64,000 bases of DNA from Octopus sinensis (taxonomy: Eukaryota), in NCBI RefSeq assembly GCF_006345805.1, contig NC_043006.1, positions 43,772,001-43,836,000 on the forward strand, in the 5' to 3' direction. Positions 1 to 14,101 of the stretch are shown one piece after another (position 1 is the stretch's first letter; each line of letters opens with the position of its first letter). The position numbers were made by a program, and so were the translations under genes. Under the pieces are notes generated by a model. The model did not search any database. It saw only the letters and a program-made list of their open reading frames with translations, and was not told the DNA's origin.

Positions 1-3000
1 CACCTGATCACCGGGGGGCTATTAGATTATTTATCTCGTATGAAACAAGTTTAAAAAGAATTACCAAAGAAATTAATTGCCATTTTAACTGATGAACTCA
101 CCTCCCCACTCCCTTGCCTCCACTCCACTCCACCCCACTTCACTTCACTTCACTTCACTTCACATACCACCCTCTCATCATCTACATAGAGGTAAAACAG
201 TAATCTTTATACTGGTTTAAACATTCAGAGAAGAAACCGACAAAAATAATTATAAATGAGCCATAGGAGATAATTCCAATTCTAAAAATTCAAAGAATGA
301 AAAGAGAAAAGACAAACAATAGGAACTGCATAAAAGTGTGTACTAAGTAACTCAGGAGGAGGAGGTGGTGGAGGCAGAAGAAGAAGAGAAGCAGTGAGGA
401 GTGTGAAAAGCAGGCTGAGTGCAGCAATGAATAGACTGCAACTGTTGTTGATAGATCAACTGTTGTCAACTATCATTCTACAATGATTAAAAAACAATCT
501 GTCATTCTAAATTTGAAAATACTTAAGATATAATCTAGGTCTTGATGCTTAAATCAATTCTGGGGTGATGAATAATCTCCGTAATCTTCACCCAAGACAG
601 CTTCAGTCAACTCGATGCAAACTGCCACTTTAAATTGATTCTCAAAATCCCTTTCAATCATTAAAACAACAGCCATGGTTTGAAATATTGGGTTTGTGAC
701 AGGAATATCTCTAAGAAAAACAAATCTGTAAAAAAATAGCCCTCCATTATAGCCAGACCTATGACACCAGATGGAGTTTAAAGCTACAAGTTAAACATAC
801 TTTTCTTAAAGAAAAAAAAAATACATGTATTCAAAATGTTGTTAATAGTATGAATTAGTCTGGCATCAGATCTAAACATAACTCCAACACTGAAGTCATC
901 ACATGTACAAGATTTTTCTTCAACAGGTAATTAATATTAAGATTCATATTTACATTCAGTAGATACAGACAACGCCATATATAAAATTGAAGACAAAATA
1001 ATTATCATAAGACTTGGTTGGAACTAATGATGGAAGTTCTGTTAATGATCACGTTCTTCAGAAACTGCTGGAATTTTCTGCAGCAATCAACAAACCTTGT
1101 TAGCTGCTTAACAATGGAAAAGAAATTTGCTAAAAATGTACAAATCCTTTTCTGATTCTGGGATTAATGCAGGCAATACATTAGCTCTATTTTAAAAATG
1201 ACAAAAAATGTATTTCTCAATAGACATATTTCTCAAATATTTAAAGAAAAAATTCAGACACAGTTGTCAAATAGACACTGTACCGATACATTAAGAAAAT
1301 ACTTGATATTTTATCTGCGAATTTTTAGAAGACATATGATTTTACTTATGTAATACTATATAATACAATTCTACCATATATATTCAAAGATTTGTTTCCT
1401 CAGACTTCTATTAGTCTGTTTAAGTATAACTACTGGTAACAACTGTAACGAAAAATAACTATTCTCACAATATATATACGTACATACATACACACATACA
1501 AATCCATACCAGTTTATTTTCCTTACTGTAATAACTCCTAATGTTTCATGATCTTAGAATTAGTCCTTTCAAAGTTGGTCTATCCTTCTTCTGAATCATA
1601 TTGAAGTTTCAGAAAATTGCACTAGCTCCCCTCCAGCTTATCAGCTTTACAATGCCATGATTCTGGGTCATACAACTACAATAATTACCAATAGTACTTC
1701 TATACTATCACCAATTCCACTACTATGAATACAGACTATATCATAATTACAAATTTAAGCAAAATTCCTTGTGTGCCATCTCTTTCATCTTATCTGAATA
1801 AAATCTACAAGTCGTCTATACATTTTGACGGCAATACACTTTTAAGAATTCATTTAAAACAACTATTATCTGCTTGCCATTCATTTATACTCTATAATTC
1901 ATATAAATTTGATTGGCAAAAATTACTATCTCACTTGCAAGTACTTATGTTAGCTAAGAACTTAACTACAATATGTCTGTACCTGTCGATGGTTATTGCT
2001 TAACGCATACTTCAAATTTTTACCCAATTAATAATAACAGGTGGCGAAATCAAATTTCTACAAAGATCCATTTCACAACAAATGTGTCCTAATCATGAAT
2101 ATTTCACTTAAACACACACACCTCATTCAAGTAATTACAAATGAAAAGATAGAAAGAGATAGAGACTATATCTCATGTACTATGTTGCGTGTAGATACTA
2201 ATTGAAAATTTTACATATAATTCATTAGTAATTTTCATATCTCAGATTTCTATAAGATTTTTAAATTTCACTAACAAATTTTAATTAAAATATGTGGTGG
2301 AATAGCAAAACTGTTACTTTTTGATTATATATTTGATACAAATGCAATATTGATCCTACTTGAATTAAGTTATTATATTAATATTTTCAATATCTAAATA
2401 TCAAGTGTTACTTTGCAAAAGATGGATATTGCTCAGGATATTTTAAATAAATAAAGACAAAACTTTCATTTGAGATTCTTCAGTGAAATACTGGCGGAAT
2501 ATTGTGAACACATGCTCATATATAGTAAGGTAGACATTAACCACATACATTGCATATATTCTACAAATGTTTGAGATTTTTCTAACGAACACCCATGTAT
2601 GCATGCACACACTCATATCTCTTCATATATTCTTTCATCACACTGAAATTTTGATGGGTTCCGAAAAGTAGAAAAAAAGAAACTATAAAGGCATGAAACA
2701 AAAAGCAGAAGAATAAAAGGAAAAAGGAAATTTATGTGTAAATACAAGATTGTATACATATATATATATTGATTGAATTATAGCACAAGATGTGCGAACA
2801 AAAGCCAGTGGTAGTGGAATTTATTATAAGCTAGAGGCAAGAGTCTTTTTGTTGGCAATTTTATTGTTTCTTAGACGAAACCATCACAACCATAACCAGC
2901 ACAACTAACCTCACCTGCTTGATGCTTAATTTAATTTTCATCTTACTTATTCATGCAGTTTTCTCATAAAAATTTAATTATACAGTCATATCTATAAAAC

Positions 3001-3549
3001 AAAAAAAAAAAGAAACCAAACAACCAAAAAAAAAAAACAAAAGCAAAAAGGAATTTTGAAAGAAATCAAATACAGGCTTTGACAATATGTGGTTCTTGGA
3101 AAGATTTAATTTACCCAAAAAACATCAGCAACTAGTTTTCTGTTGAAAGAAAGACAAACTCTGTGTCTGTATAATAAGTCAAAGAACTAGTGAGAAGAAT
3201 AGCAGGCAGTAAGAGACCACAATTCCTCATGTCTTGTAACAAGCCATCAATCTCACAAAAGAAAATAATCCTTATAGGAAAAAAAATAATAATAATAACA
3301 GAAGAAGTAAGATAGAAAAATTGATATAAATCAATGATAAAATAGAAAAGATTCAAAACAAATTGTTAAATATTCTATAACTCACCCCCCCCCAAAAAAA
3401 AAACAAACAAACAAAAATGAGAAAAATTGCTAAGAAATAAAGAATGATTGATATAGATTAAAAAGAAAATAATACCAAGCTGTTACTAATTAATAAATAT
3501 TTATATCAGGTACACACATATGTATGCATGTATGTTTGTGTGTAATGAA

Positions 3550-3585
<36 letters not shown>

Positions 3586-3601
3586 CGTGTAAAAAAGAGA
3601 A

Positions 3602-3930
3602 ATGGCATAGCTGAACAGTTAAGAATTTCGTTTTGTAATCATGATGCCTTGGTTTCAATCCTACAGCATGGTATCAGAGGTAAGTGCCTTTTACCACAGC
3701 CTGTGGTTGAGTTACACCGTGCTAATGAAATAAACAAATGGAAACTATAAAGAAGCCTGTTAGATGTACTGCACCCTGCAATTCAAAGCACTAACTCTCT
3801 CAAAGTGTGACACTGAATTGGCCTGAGAACTGTGTTACGTGTACAAACACCTAAGGTATACTCAGCCACTCATACTTCAACTGATCAAACAACTGGCCCA
3901 GTTAACACTGAAAGATATCCAGTTACTTAT
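3602..3930 (+). mobile_element. Decayed SINE fragments (family A-like head plus another SINE tail)
   Basis: ggcatagctgaacagttaagaa...ggtttcaatcc...ggtaagtgcc, then ggaaactataaagaagcctg and gagaactgtgtt...ctcagccact. Confidence 0.4.
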
Positions 3931-4149
3931 ACACACGTGTGTGCATATATGAGCATAATATATATTCATGTGTGTATCCCAGCTTTAGATTAATTACACT
4001 GTGTCCTTGCATGCTGTAAGAGGCAAAGGAAGTACCTGTAGGAAGGGCATCTGGTCATAAAACGGTGCCACAGAAAGCCCATCTAATCTATGTCAGCATG
4101 GAAAGCTTGATGTAAATAGACAGTGATGGTGATTATCATTATTATTATT

Positions 4150-4850
4150 AAGGTGGCAAGCTGGCAGAATTGTTAGTGCACCAGGCAAAATACTTAGTGG
4201 TATTTCGTCTGCTGCAGCATTCTGTGTTCAAATTCCACCGTGGTCGACTTTGCCTTTCATCCTTTCAGGGTCGATAAATTGAGTGCCAGTCGAGTTCTGG
4301 GGGGGTCGATGTGATCGACTGTACCCCTCCCCACGAAAGTCCAGGCCTTGTGCTCATAGTAGAAAGGATTATTATAAAGGTAGCAAGCTGACAGAATCGT
4401 TAGCATGCCGGGTGAAATGCTCAGCAGTATTTCGTCTGCCGTTACATTCTGAGTTCAAATTCCACCATGGTCAACTTTACTTTTCATCCTTTTGGGGTGA
4501 TAAAATTAGTACCAGTTATGCATTGGGGCTGATGTAACTGACTTAATCCCTTCTCCCAAATTTGAGGCCTTGTGCTTCCAGTAGAAAGGATTAATAATTA
4601 TCATTGTTAAGCCAGCAAGCTGGCAGAATCGTTTGCGCGCTGGGCGAAATGCTTAGCAGTATTTCATCCGTCCTTACATTCTGAGTTCAAATTCTGCCGG
4701 GGTCGACTTTTGCCTTTCATCCTTTCGGGGTCAATAAAATAAGTACCAGTTAAAACTTGGGGGTCAGTGTAACCAACTTACCCCTTCCCCCAGTGCCCCC
4801 CTCCAAAAAAAATTGGTGCCCTCGTGACAAAATTTGAATCCATTATTATT
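4150..4850 (+). mobile_element. Head-to-tail trimer of a tRNA-derived SINE (family B, Meta-domain/OR1-like)
   Basis: Three ~230-bp units start near 4150, 4377 and 4609. Each has aagg..gcaagctggcagaat.gttag, B-box-like gagttcaaattcc, the core gtcgactttgcctttcatcctttcggggtcgataaa..agtaccag and an (att)n tail. Confidence 0.85.
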
Positions 4851-6049
4851 GTTCTTTTTATAATTATTATGGTAGTGGTAGTGGTGGTGGTATTAGCAGT
4901 TGTTTCTGTAGAGTGTGCAAGTAGAAATAGTGAAGAATGGTAAAGCCTTTCGACACAGTATCGGAAATAGTTGAATTGAACTTTTCACACAATGTTCCTG
5001 AAGCAAATATCAGTTAAAAGAGCCAAGTTTTAGATGGTCGTGTGCTCCTGACAGCCTCACATTTACACAGAACAATGCTTTTCCAACCACACAGAACACA
5101 GGCAACATTGTTGGTCAATGAATCGAATGCGTCAGACAAATCTCAACCGAAACCAGTGTCCATTGCATAGAAGAGTCGTTGTGTTCACATCTTAATAGAA
5201 TATAATAATTAAAGCAAAGAAAAAGAACAGTAGGAGCAGACAGGCATCTTTGCATTTCCAATGATGGAACCAAACAAGCAGGTACACATATATATATATG
5301 CATCGAGTTTAATGTGAGAGAAAGTGAGGAAGCGTCGATAAAGAAAGAGAGAGGGGGAGAAAGAGACAGATACATATACAGCGTATGAGAGAGAAAGAGA
5401 AAGATGCTGCGTATTATACAAAGGCAGACACAGAGGTTGTGGCTGTAAATACTATCGAATGAAGGGTTAAGAGGATAGTCTTGAGGAAACAAAGAAAAAT
5501 ACTGTATGGCAATGCAATGAGAAGCAAAAAGTAACATTTAAGCATTCTTTGTTTATGATTTGCTTGTGTGAAGAGAGATTACCTGAGTATTAGCAGATAT
5601 AGGTTTCAATAAGAAGAGAAAGTATTATCCTTATAGGCATTGCGTAGAAATACCTCTGTGTGTTTGTGTGTGCATGTGTGTTATACACATAGGTGTATCC
5701 AGATAAACATACACATGTATATCTTCACTTGTATGTATGCATATGGGATTATGTTTGTGTTTAGACCAGTTGCTGAAATTGGCGTCAATTTCTCTCTCTC
5801 TCTATCTCTTTCTCTCTCTCTCTTACACAAACACAAAGGAGTTTAAAAATGAGGGAAAAAGAACTCGGTACATGAAGTAGAGTATATGTATATAAAACCT
5901 TTTATTTGCTTAGAATGCAACAAAAGTTGCTCAACACACTCATGACCACGTTGGATAAGAGTATCTTGACATAAAATGCTCAATGATCGAATAACTACTT
6001 AATATTTATTTACAGCTAATAAATAAATAAATAAATAAATACACCCACA

Positions 6050-6720
6050 AAATCAGCAAATGCTATCCCACTGCTTGATAAAGATCTTCTTTTCATCACT
6101 CCATAGCTTTTGACTCTCCACACCAAATCTCAAATTTGCTTTTGTTAAATCTATCCAACTAAATGACATCAACCTCATAAGATAGTTGAAATGGATTTAA
6201 ACTGGACTTCCAGATCACAAGCAACGACAGGTAGACAAAAAACCTGATAGTTTGGATCTCAAAGGAGATGCAAAACAGACAAAACATGTCAACAAGCATT
6301 TCAATAATATTATGAAACTAACAATGTCGTTTAGTTTTGTTTGTTTTCCAAAACCATTTCATTGTTTTATGAGATGGCTTCTTTTTCTTTTTCTTTTTTT
6401 TTACATCTCTCCATTAATTCCAATCATAATTTGCTGTGAGCATATTGAGCCATTCTTAATTTGGTGAAGTCTTTCCTCAGGTTCCATGTCTCTATGCATC
6501 TATCACAAGAGACTGGCGGATGGACATATTGATTGCGAACTCATCTCTTTAAACACGATACCAAGGTGGCAGGGTTTTCACCTTTGACTACCGATACGTC
6601 GTATATGGACAAACTAATCGAAAAATTGACAGAAATATAATAATCCACTCCAAGCAGCCTTTGCAGAATCCCAAAAAGAATTTGGCTCTACAGAAAAGCT
6701 AGCAGCCAGCCATAACAAGT
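6050..6720 (-). mobile_element. Decayed RTE-like LINE, 3' end of ORF
   Basis: Minus-strand frames give CIETWNLRKDFTKLRMAQ (cf. YGxETWxL...LxxAQRAM), MKWFW (cf. KWxWAGH) and LWSDEKKIFIKQW (cf. terminal QQW). Multiple stops and frameshifts. Confidence 0.5.
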
Positions 6721-7551
6721 CAAGATGTAAAACTGACATGCAATATCAGTGTCTTAAAACCTATCTACCACTGTGCTACATGTTTCATTAGACTACATGA
6801 TGCTGGTGCAGACAAATTTTAACTTAAAAGAAAAGGATGTAATACTTACACACATATATATGCATACATAAAAACACTGTATGTATGTATGTATGCGTAA
6901 GACTAGACAGCTCTCAAGCTAGTCAGCCCCTCTCGAACCATACAACCCATGCCAGCATGGGGAGCAGACATCAAACGATGATGATGAAGGTGTATGTGCA
7001 TGTGTGTATGTGTGTGCGTGCGCGCACACACATGCCTATGCTCACACAGATGGCTGAGAACTATGCAAACTATGAACTAACCATGTTGGTTAAAATCTTC
7101 ATAAGATATCAACACTTGTCAGAACATGTGCTCTTCATTGATCCTTGGAATTTTCAGGTTGTGGCTGATATTAATGCTGTGCAGCTCCAGGTTAGTCCTA
7201 ATCAATCAACTCTATAATTTATAGCATTCCAGCCATGACCACACTGTCGCCACCCCCACCCCCACACACACCCCTATCACCTACCAAAGACCTTGCTTAC
7301 GCATATCTAAGACAACATTATGCAAAATGTGCTTGTTACTTTAGGCATGTCAGGGTGTGATTTAAGAGGGAGATTTGTTGCTATTTCTAGCAAGCTGAGC
7401 ACCTGTGTAGTGGCACCCGTCACTGGTCTGTATCATTGCTGTTACTCTTAAGGTAAGGGTGATGCCGAATATGATTCATATTGACAAAGAATTTACAATA
7501 ACGAAGAGGTTTTTTAAGTGTTAGTCAGAGACATCCAACCAATCACACACA

Positions 7552-7597
<46 letters not shown>

Positions 7598-8040
7598 AAC
7601 TACAGTCATTAGAAAATTACAACACGGAGTCATCACTATGCCTGTTCTTGTGTGCACAGTTGTGTTTTTGTCTATGCATGCATGCACACACGTGCATGTG
7701 CATACATAAACGAAGAAATGAAACTTGTATGCCTTGAAATCCAGTTCCTGCATCTGAAGCATAACATAATGCATTTGGCCAAAATGCCAAAAAGGCAAAA
7801 AAAAAATCAAAAAAAAAAAGATTATGCACAAATACTTTCAATGCCAGCATAACTGGACTGTATATGCAGGCGTTTACATTTTAAACACACATTCCAAACA
7901 ACAGTGTAATAAATTTTCATAAGAGACAAAAATCCAAGACTCTTTGTTTTATGAAAGCCTCCAAAAACTAACAGACAGGGCTAACATAACGAATTCTTTG
8001 AAGGATAATGTGTAAAAAAATGTTACAAGAGACATTTTTG

Positions 8041-8073
<33 letters not shown>

Positions 8074-8261
8074 GAATTACAACCTAAAGAAATATCACCG
8101 TTTTACCAAACATAAATCTTAGTGCAGAATCCAATATGGGAAAGTAACATTGCCAGGCATATTTTTTTAAGAGTTTAATTTGAAGCAAATACTTTTCCCA
8201 TAAATTGAAATTTGAAAATATTACTCAAAAATGTAAGTGCATAAAACATATGAATGCAATT

Positions 8262-8299
<38 letters not shown>

Positions 8300-8357
8300 C
8301 ATAATCTTCAATTTAATGCTTACTTTTCCATATTTGCACGATAAAATATAAATATGT

Positions 8358-8412
<55 letters not shown>

Positions 8413-8413
8413 T

Positions 8414-8815
8414 GGTGCAGGAGTGGCTGTGTGGTAAACAGCTTGCTTACCAGCCACAAGGTTCCGGGTTCAGTACCACTGCATAGCACCTTGACAAGTG
8501 TCTTCTATTATAACCTCGAGTTGACCAAAGCCTTGTAAAAGTGGATTTGGTAGACAGAAACTGAAAGAAGCCTGTCATATATGTATATCTATATATATAT
8601 GTGTGTGTATGTTTGTGTTTGTCCCTCCACCATCACTTAACAACCAATGCTGGTGTGTTTATGTCCCCCATAACTTAGTGGTTGAGCAAAAGACATCAAT
8701 AGAATAAGTACTAGGTTTACAAAGAATGAGTTCTGGGGTCGATTTGTTTCGACTAAAGGCAGTGCTCCAGCATTGCTGCAGTCAAATGACTGAAACAAAT
8801 AAAAGAGTAAAAGAG
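8414..8815 (+). mobile_element. tRNA-derived CORE-type SINE (family A, OR2-like), full length
   Basis: A-box-like gtggctgtgtggtaa, B-box-like ggttcagtacc, CORE-like caccttgacaagtg, an internal (TA/TG)n tract and the tail gtcaaatgactgaaacaaataaaagag. Confidence 0.85.
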
Positions 8816-9001
8816 GGTGTGTGCATGCGTGTGTGAAGGCAAGCAAGTGTGCCTCACTGCCTTCACATCACACAGTAGTTGTAAACAAGAATGATTATCA
8901 TCATCATCACCACCAGCACACATACAGTGTCATTTTGCTTCCAATCTTCTGTAAAAATGTGTCTCACCATGGGAAAATATTACAGTTCTTGAAAATAGTT
9001 A

Positions 9002-9460
9002 AGGGTTAGCAACAGGAAGAGTATTCGGCCGCAGAAAAGTTGCCTTGACAAATTCCATCTGAACTATGCAAATAGGGGAACGTGGACACTAAAATGAAAA
9101 AGATGACGATGATGATGATGATGATGGTATTGTCGTGTGCATGTGAATGTGTGTGGAGATACTGAAGAAAACTGAAAAAAGTTGTGACTACTTGTGAGAT
9201 TTGACCATTGCATCTACTACAAAAAATATGGGTACATTAACACACATACCAAAGCAACATTATAGCTTCAGTGATATACTAGTGACCAGTCAAGAGGGTC
9301 ACCAGTCCCAATAATATTTATTTTATATTTCAGCATCATTTAACATCCCTTTTTTCCATGCTGGCATGGTTGGACAGTTCAACAAGGACAAGCTGGAAGT
9401 CTCTGCCAGGTTCTATGTCTGCTTTGGCACAGTTTCTACAGCTGGCCCTTCCTAATGCTA
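9002..9460. mobile_element. Two decayed family C copies (9002-9126 plus; 9345-9460 minus)
   Basis: gggttagcaacaggaag...ggacactaaaatg..gatgatg, and catttaacatcc..ttccatgctggcatggttgg...cccttcctaatgc. Confidence 0.55.
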
Positions 9461-9509
9461 ACTACATATACATACATACATACATACATACATACATACA
9501 TACATACAC

Positions 9510-9596
<87 letters not shown>

Positions 9597-9665
9597 AACA
9601 TTAATACTCATGAGAAATATTAATGTTTGTGGCCACAAGCTATATATATATATATATATAAATAG
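9460..9665. repeat. (TACA)n plus a long (TA)n
   Basis: About 80 bp of perfect TA at 9513-9594. Confidence 0.95.
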
Positions 9666-9689
9666 CTTGTGGCTATATATATGTAATAT

Positions 9690-9815
9690 AGAAGACATTG
9701 TGTCCTTGAGCAATGTACTTCATTTCACATTGAGCTGCATCAGCTGGGAAATGAGTACCAACAGCAGCTGGCATGGATTTTGCCCAGTCACAGGCTGGTG
9801 TCCCATTCAAAGCAA
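9690..9815 (-). mobile_element. Decayed CORE/MIR-like SINE tail
   Basis: The minus strand reads ggtactcatttcccagctgatgcagctcaatgtgaaatgaagtacattgctcaaggacacaa. Confidence 0.4.
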
Positions 9816-10839
9816 ACATTTGTACTCTTACCTATGTGAAATACCTCAGAAAGTGCAAATAAGCTTCAACATAATGAGCTTGCAAGCTAGAAACAGACAT
9901 TAATTTCTTCAATTTATACATATATACATACATACTTACTTGCAAACATATACACACATATACCCATACATACACACATGCACACACACACACCAACCAA
10001 GACCATAAACGCATCCATTTGCAAAATAGAACCTACATTCGATTTAGTTATCTACTGAGAAGAAACACATATTGCTTCAATCACTCCTTTTATTGACAGT
10101 AAATTACATACAACTGTCTTAAAATCTGAAGAAACTAAGACATTTTTACTCTCTTCATCTTGTTTTTTTTTTTGTGTGTGTGTGTGTGTTTACCTTTTCC
10201 ATCACCCCCATCTCTTCCCTTCTTTTTGTTTTTACTCTTTATTTGTAACTTCAATTTAAAAAGACCATTTGTAAGGAAAATTCAATTTTACTACTTGTTC
10301 TGCAAATATTATATTATCGTTGTTTAATATTTACTGAAATAAAATCATTAGAAAGAGTGGGGTGGAATGAAAACAAAAATACTATATTGGCAGAAAATTT
10401 GATTTTTAAAATAAAATATTTTTATTGCCAAGTATTTTTGGGGAGAGAGGGAGAGAGAGAGAGTTAGTAAAGAAAAACAAATAGCAAATAAGCAGTTGCT
10501 GTTGAAAAGGCAAAAAAGAAAGGAATTTAACAAAATATTTTGGAAAATGTTTACACACACACACATACACACAAACAGAGTAGTGAGGAATGATAATAAA
10601 ATATTTAATTAGACAACTATTATGATTATTCTGATTTTTGGCTATTATTAATACAAAAGTGTATTGGCAGAAATGACACACAGCCCCACAAGACTATTTA
10701 ATATACAGTTCGTAATTTGATGCTCTTGTTTTCAAGTTCAAATCCCACCAGTATTCTTTTCAACATTCATTATTCTTAATTTCCGTATATATTTTAGGAT
10801 GGATATTGTGTACAATATAGAACAAGCAATTTGATGTAA

Positions 10840-10852
10840 TGAAAAAACAATA

Positions 10853-10907
<55 letters not shown>

Positions 10908-11103
10908 ATATATATATACATATATATAAATATATTTATATATATACAGAGAGAGAGAGAGCAAAGTCTTTGTGTGTATATGTGTGCATATATATATATA
11001 TATATACATACACACACTCACAAATACTTATACACACTCACAGACACATATACAAACACATATAAAGAAATGAAGAACTCAAATATAGCAATAGATTTCA
11101 CTC

Positions 11104-11146
<43 letters not shown>

Positions 11147-11221
11147 CACACACATATATATATACACACATGTATATAAACACACATAAATATACATATA
11201 TATATATAAACACACATAAAT

Positions 11222-11272
<51 letters not shown>

Positions 11273-11280
11273 AACATAAA
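10840..11280. repeat. (TA)n/(CA)n microsatellite cluster
   Basis: Seen directly in the sequence. Confidence 0.9.
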
Positions 11281-11552
11281 GCATTGTTGATTGTTACTAA
11301 AGGTGGGAGTGAAATCTTTTGACAGATACTGGCAGCAAATAACGAGGAGAAAATGAGATCTTTTTAATTAGGATAGATAGTTTAATGGGAAATTCAATAT
11401 CAGTGATATGCTAGCTATCAAAAACTTTTACATCACACTTGTTCATTCAAACTGTTGACAATATATGACATCTAAAAAGCAAGATAACCACTTCGCTTTC
11501 CTTAAGAGGATGCAAGCATTTCTTGTGAAACCACAGGAAATTCCTAATCTAG

Positions 11553-11955
11553 TTACCGAAATCCCTTCCAGTTATGTTCAATAATACAATGTCTTAAGGC
11601 AGTGGATGTTGACACACTAGAAAGTGAAACAAGATTAGCTCGCTACAGCCTCTTGTTTCCGAGATCAAATCTCAATGATACTGCAGATGGTGATGGTGTT
11701 CATGGTGGTGGTGGTGGTGGTGATAGTAGCAGAGATTTTGGGGGAGCAGGAGGGGAGTTACTACCTTCCGTGCACTCTCTTAAAGTCAACACGTTCTACT
11801 ATAATCTTGTTCAATCACATCATCATCAAAACAACTTCACAGATAAAATGGAGACCGAGTTAGTTAGTAATACTAAAAGGAGAGCAGTCATAGTTTTTCA
11901 CCTTTTGGTCATCCTTATACCTTACTTAGCCTTATTCTTTTTTTCTTTTTTTTAA
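11553..11955 (+). CDS. Longest non-repeat open frame; candidate exon of unknown product
   Basis: The frame is stop-free from 11548 to 11952 (YRNPFQLCSIIQCLKAVDVDTLESETRL...GGGGGG...) after a possible acceptor aatctag|. A frame of this length can occur by chance in 64 kb. Confidence 0.2.
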
Positions 11956-12484
11956 CCCTCTATTTCAGATCAAACTAAAATTAAATAAATTAAATCAGCA
12001 AACGCATCACTTCTGATGTAAATTAATCAGATCAAACAGGCTATTAAGTAGATCAGTAATAGAGGAAAAGGGGTAGCTGGATTAAGGAAGTTTAAACTGT
12101 ATTGTAATCTTAATGTAAACTACTGGTCAGTCAGATGAATGGGAAATTACAAACGCAAAGCTTTTAAGGCACAACAAACAGTCAATGTATATCACATCAT
12201 ACACTAACTCAGCGCTAAAGAAAGGTGTTGGTCAATGCATGTGTGTGTGTGTGTTGGTGAGTGACTATGCAATATTAATGTCTATATATGGAAGGGAGTC
12301 AATATAGACACATAATCACATGCACACACGTACATACATATATAGACATATGACTCAAGCATACTCTAAACATACTCCAACATATTCTAACTTGCATTTC
12401 ATGTTTATTTGATTTAGTTTGCCATCTTTTATCCAAATTATTATTGATATAATGCTCTTTTCATTTTTGATATTTTATATATAC

Positions 12485-12545
<61 letters not shown>

Positions 12546-12601
12546 CTGTGTGTGTGTATGAACACACATCTATATCTGTGTACCTCTCTCTCTCTCTCTC
12601 A

Positions 12602-12639
<38 letters not shown>

Positions 12640-12709
12640 ATATTATTCATTAAACTGTTGCAACAAGAGTGGTGACAGTGACTTCAAAGTTTTGGTTGGT
12701 ATATATATA

Positions 12710-12760
<51 letters not shown>

Positions 12761-12821
12761 CTGTGTATACACATACATATACATACACATTCAGAATTTG
12801 AGGAAGTTTGACGAAAGGTGA

Positions 12822-12995
12822 AACACCGCCTTTAGTCGATCAAATTCACCCCGGGACCTATTCTTTGTAAGCCCAGTACTTATTTTATCAGTGTCTTTTG
12901 CCAAACTGCTAAGTTATGGAGACATAAACACACCAACAACGCTTGTCAAGTGATGGTGAGGAGACAAGCATAGACACAAATACACACACACACAA

Positions 12996-13039
<44 letters not shown>

Positions 13040-13205
13040 ATATATATGATGGGCTTTTTTTCAGTTTCTGTCTACCAAATCCACTCATAAGGCTTCAGTC
13101 GGTCTGAGGATATAGTAGAAGACACTTGACCAAGGTGTCATGCAGTGGGGCTGAGCCTGTAACCATGTGGTTGGGAAACAAGCTTCTTACCACACAGCCA
13201 CTCAT
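12822..13205 (-). mobile_element. Family A SINE
   Basis: Reverse complement of the 8414 element, ending in cttaccacacagccactc. Confidence 0.85.
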
Positions 13206-13637
13206 GATTCTATACATGCATCTGTCTCTGCATACGCGCAAACTTAAATCCAATCGTATAACAAATAAACAAACAGAGATACACACCACAACACCACACA
13301 ATGCATCAGTGCACACTCCCAACATTATTACTGCATAACCATGGAGATAAGCACTATCATGAAATTGGAAAACTATTGCAAATTTCATCAACTTGGGGAT
13401 TTTTCAAGAAAAGCTGAAGAGATTTAGGTCCATTAACAGGTAGCAAATGATATATCTTAAGTTTCATGGAGTTTAACCATTAATACTTGAGAAAAAAATG
13501 AAATGTGTGGGGAGAGGGCGATCAACAAATAATCAAAATTAATACCAGTAAAACTGTCTATGAGACAACGTCAATTACCAATTTAGAATAAAATATAATA
13601 TATAGTATGTTAGTAATTGATTTTGTTTAATGTGAGT

Positions 13638-13709
<72 letters not shown>

Positions 13710-14066
13710 ATGTGCACACCACACACATACACACATAGAAATATGTATGGGTGTGAGTAGTAAGTAGATATAGATATAAAATTACATTCTTAAATAAATG
13801 ACATTGTGTGTATGTACATATGCATGTGTGTATATGCATATATACGCATGTACACATATGCGTGTGCATGTACACATTCATGCACACATAGATACATACA
13901 TGTACAACAGCTATGTGTAAGTAATACAGATTAACATACATATATATGCACACACACACACACACAAATATATACAGCTACATAAAATACATACATATAT
14001 ATAAAAACACACGCACATAAATACATAGATATATAAAATATATACTAACAAATACATAGATATATA

Positions 14067-14101
<35 letters not shown>

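Noticed and set aside
2911-2991. Minus-strand exon with a strong acceptor and CAG|GTGAG donor
   Set aside because: It has stops in all three frames.
9832-9886. Minus-strand 55-nt exon with good splice sites
   Set aside because: It has stops in all three frames; at most it is non-coding, and there is no independent support.
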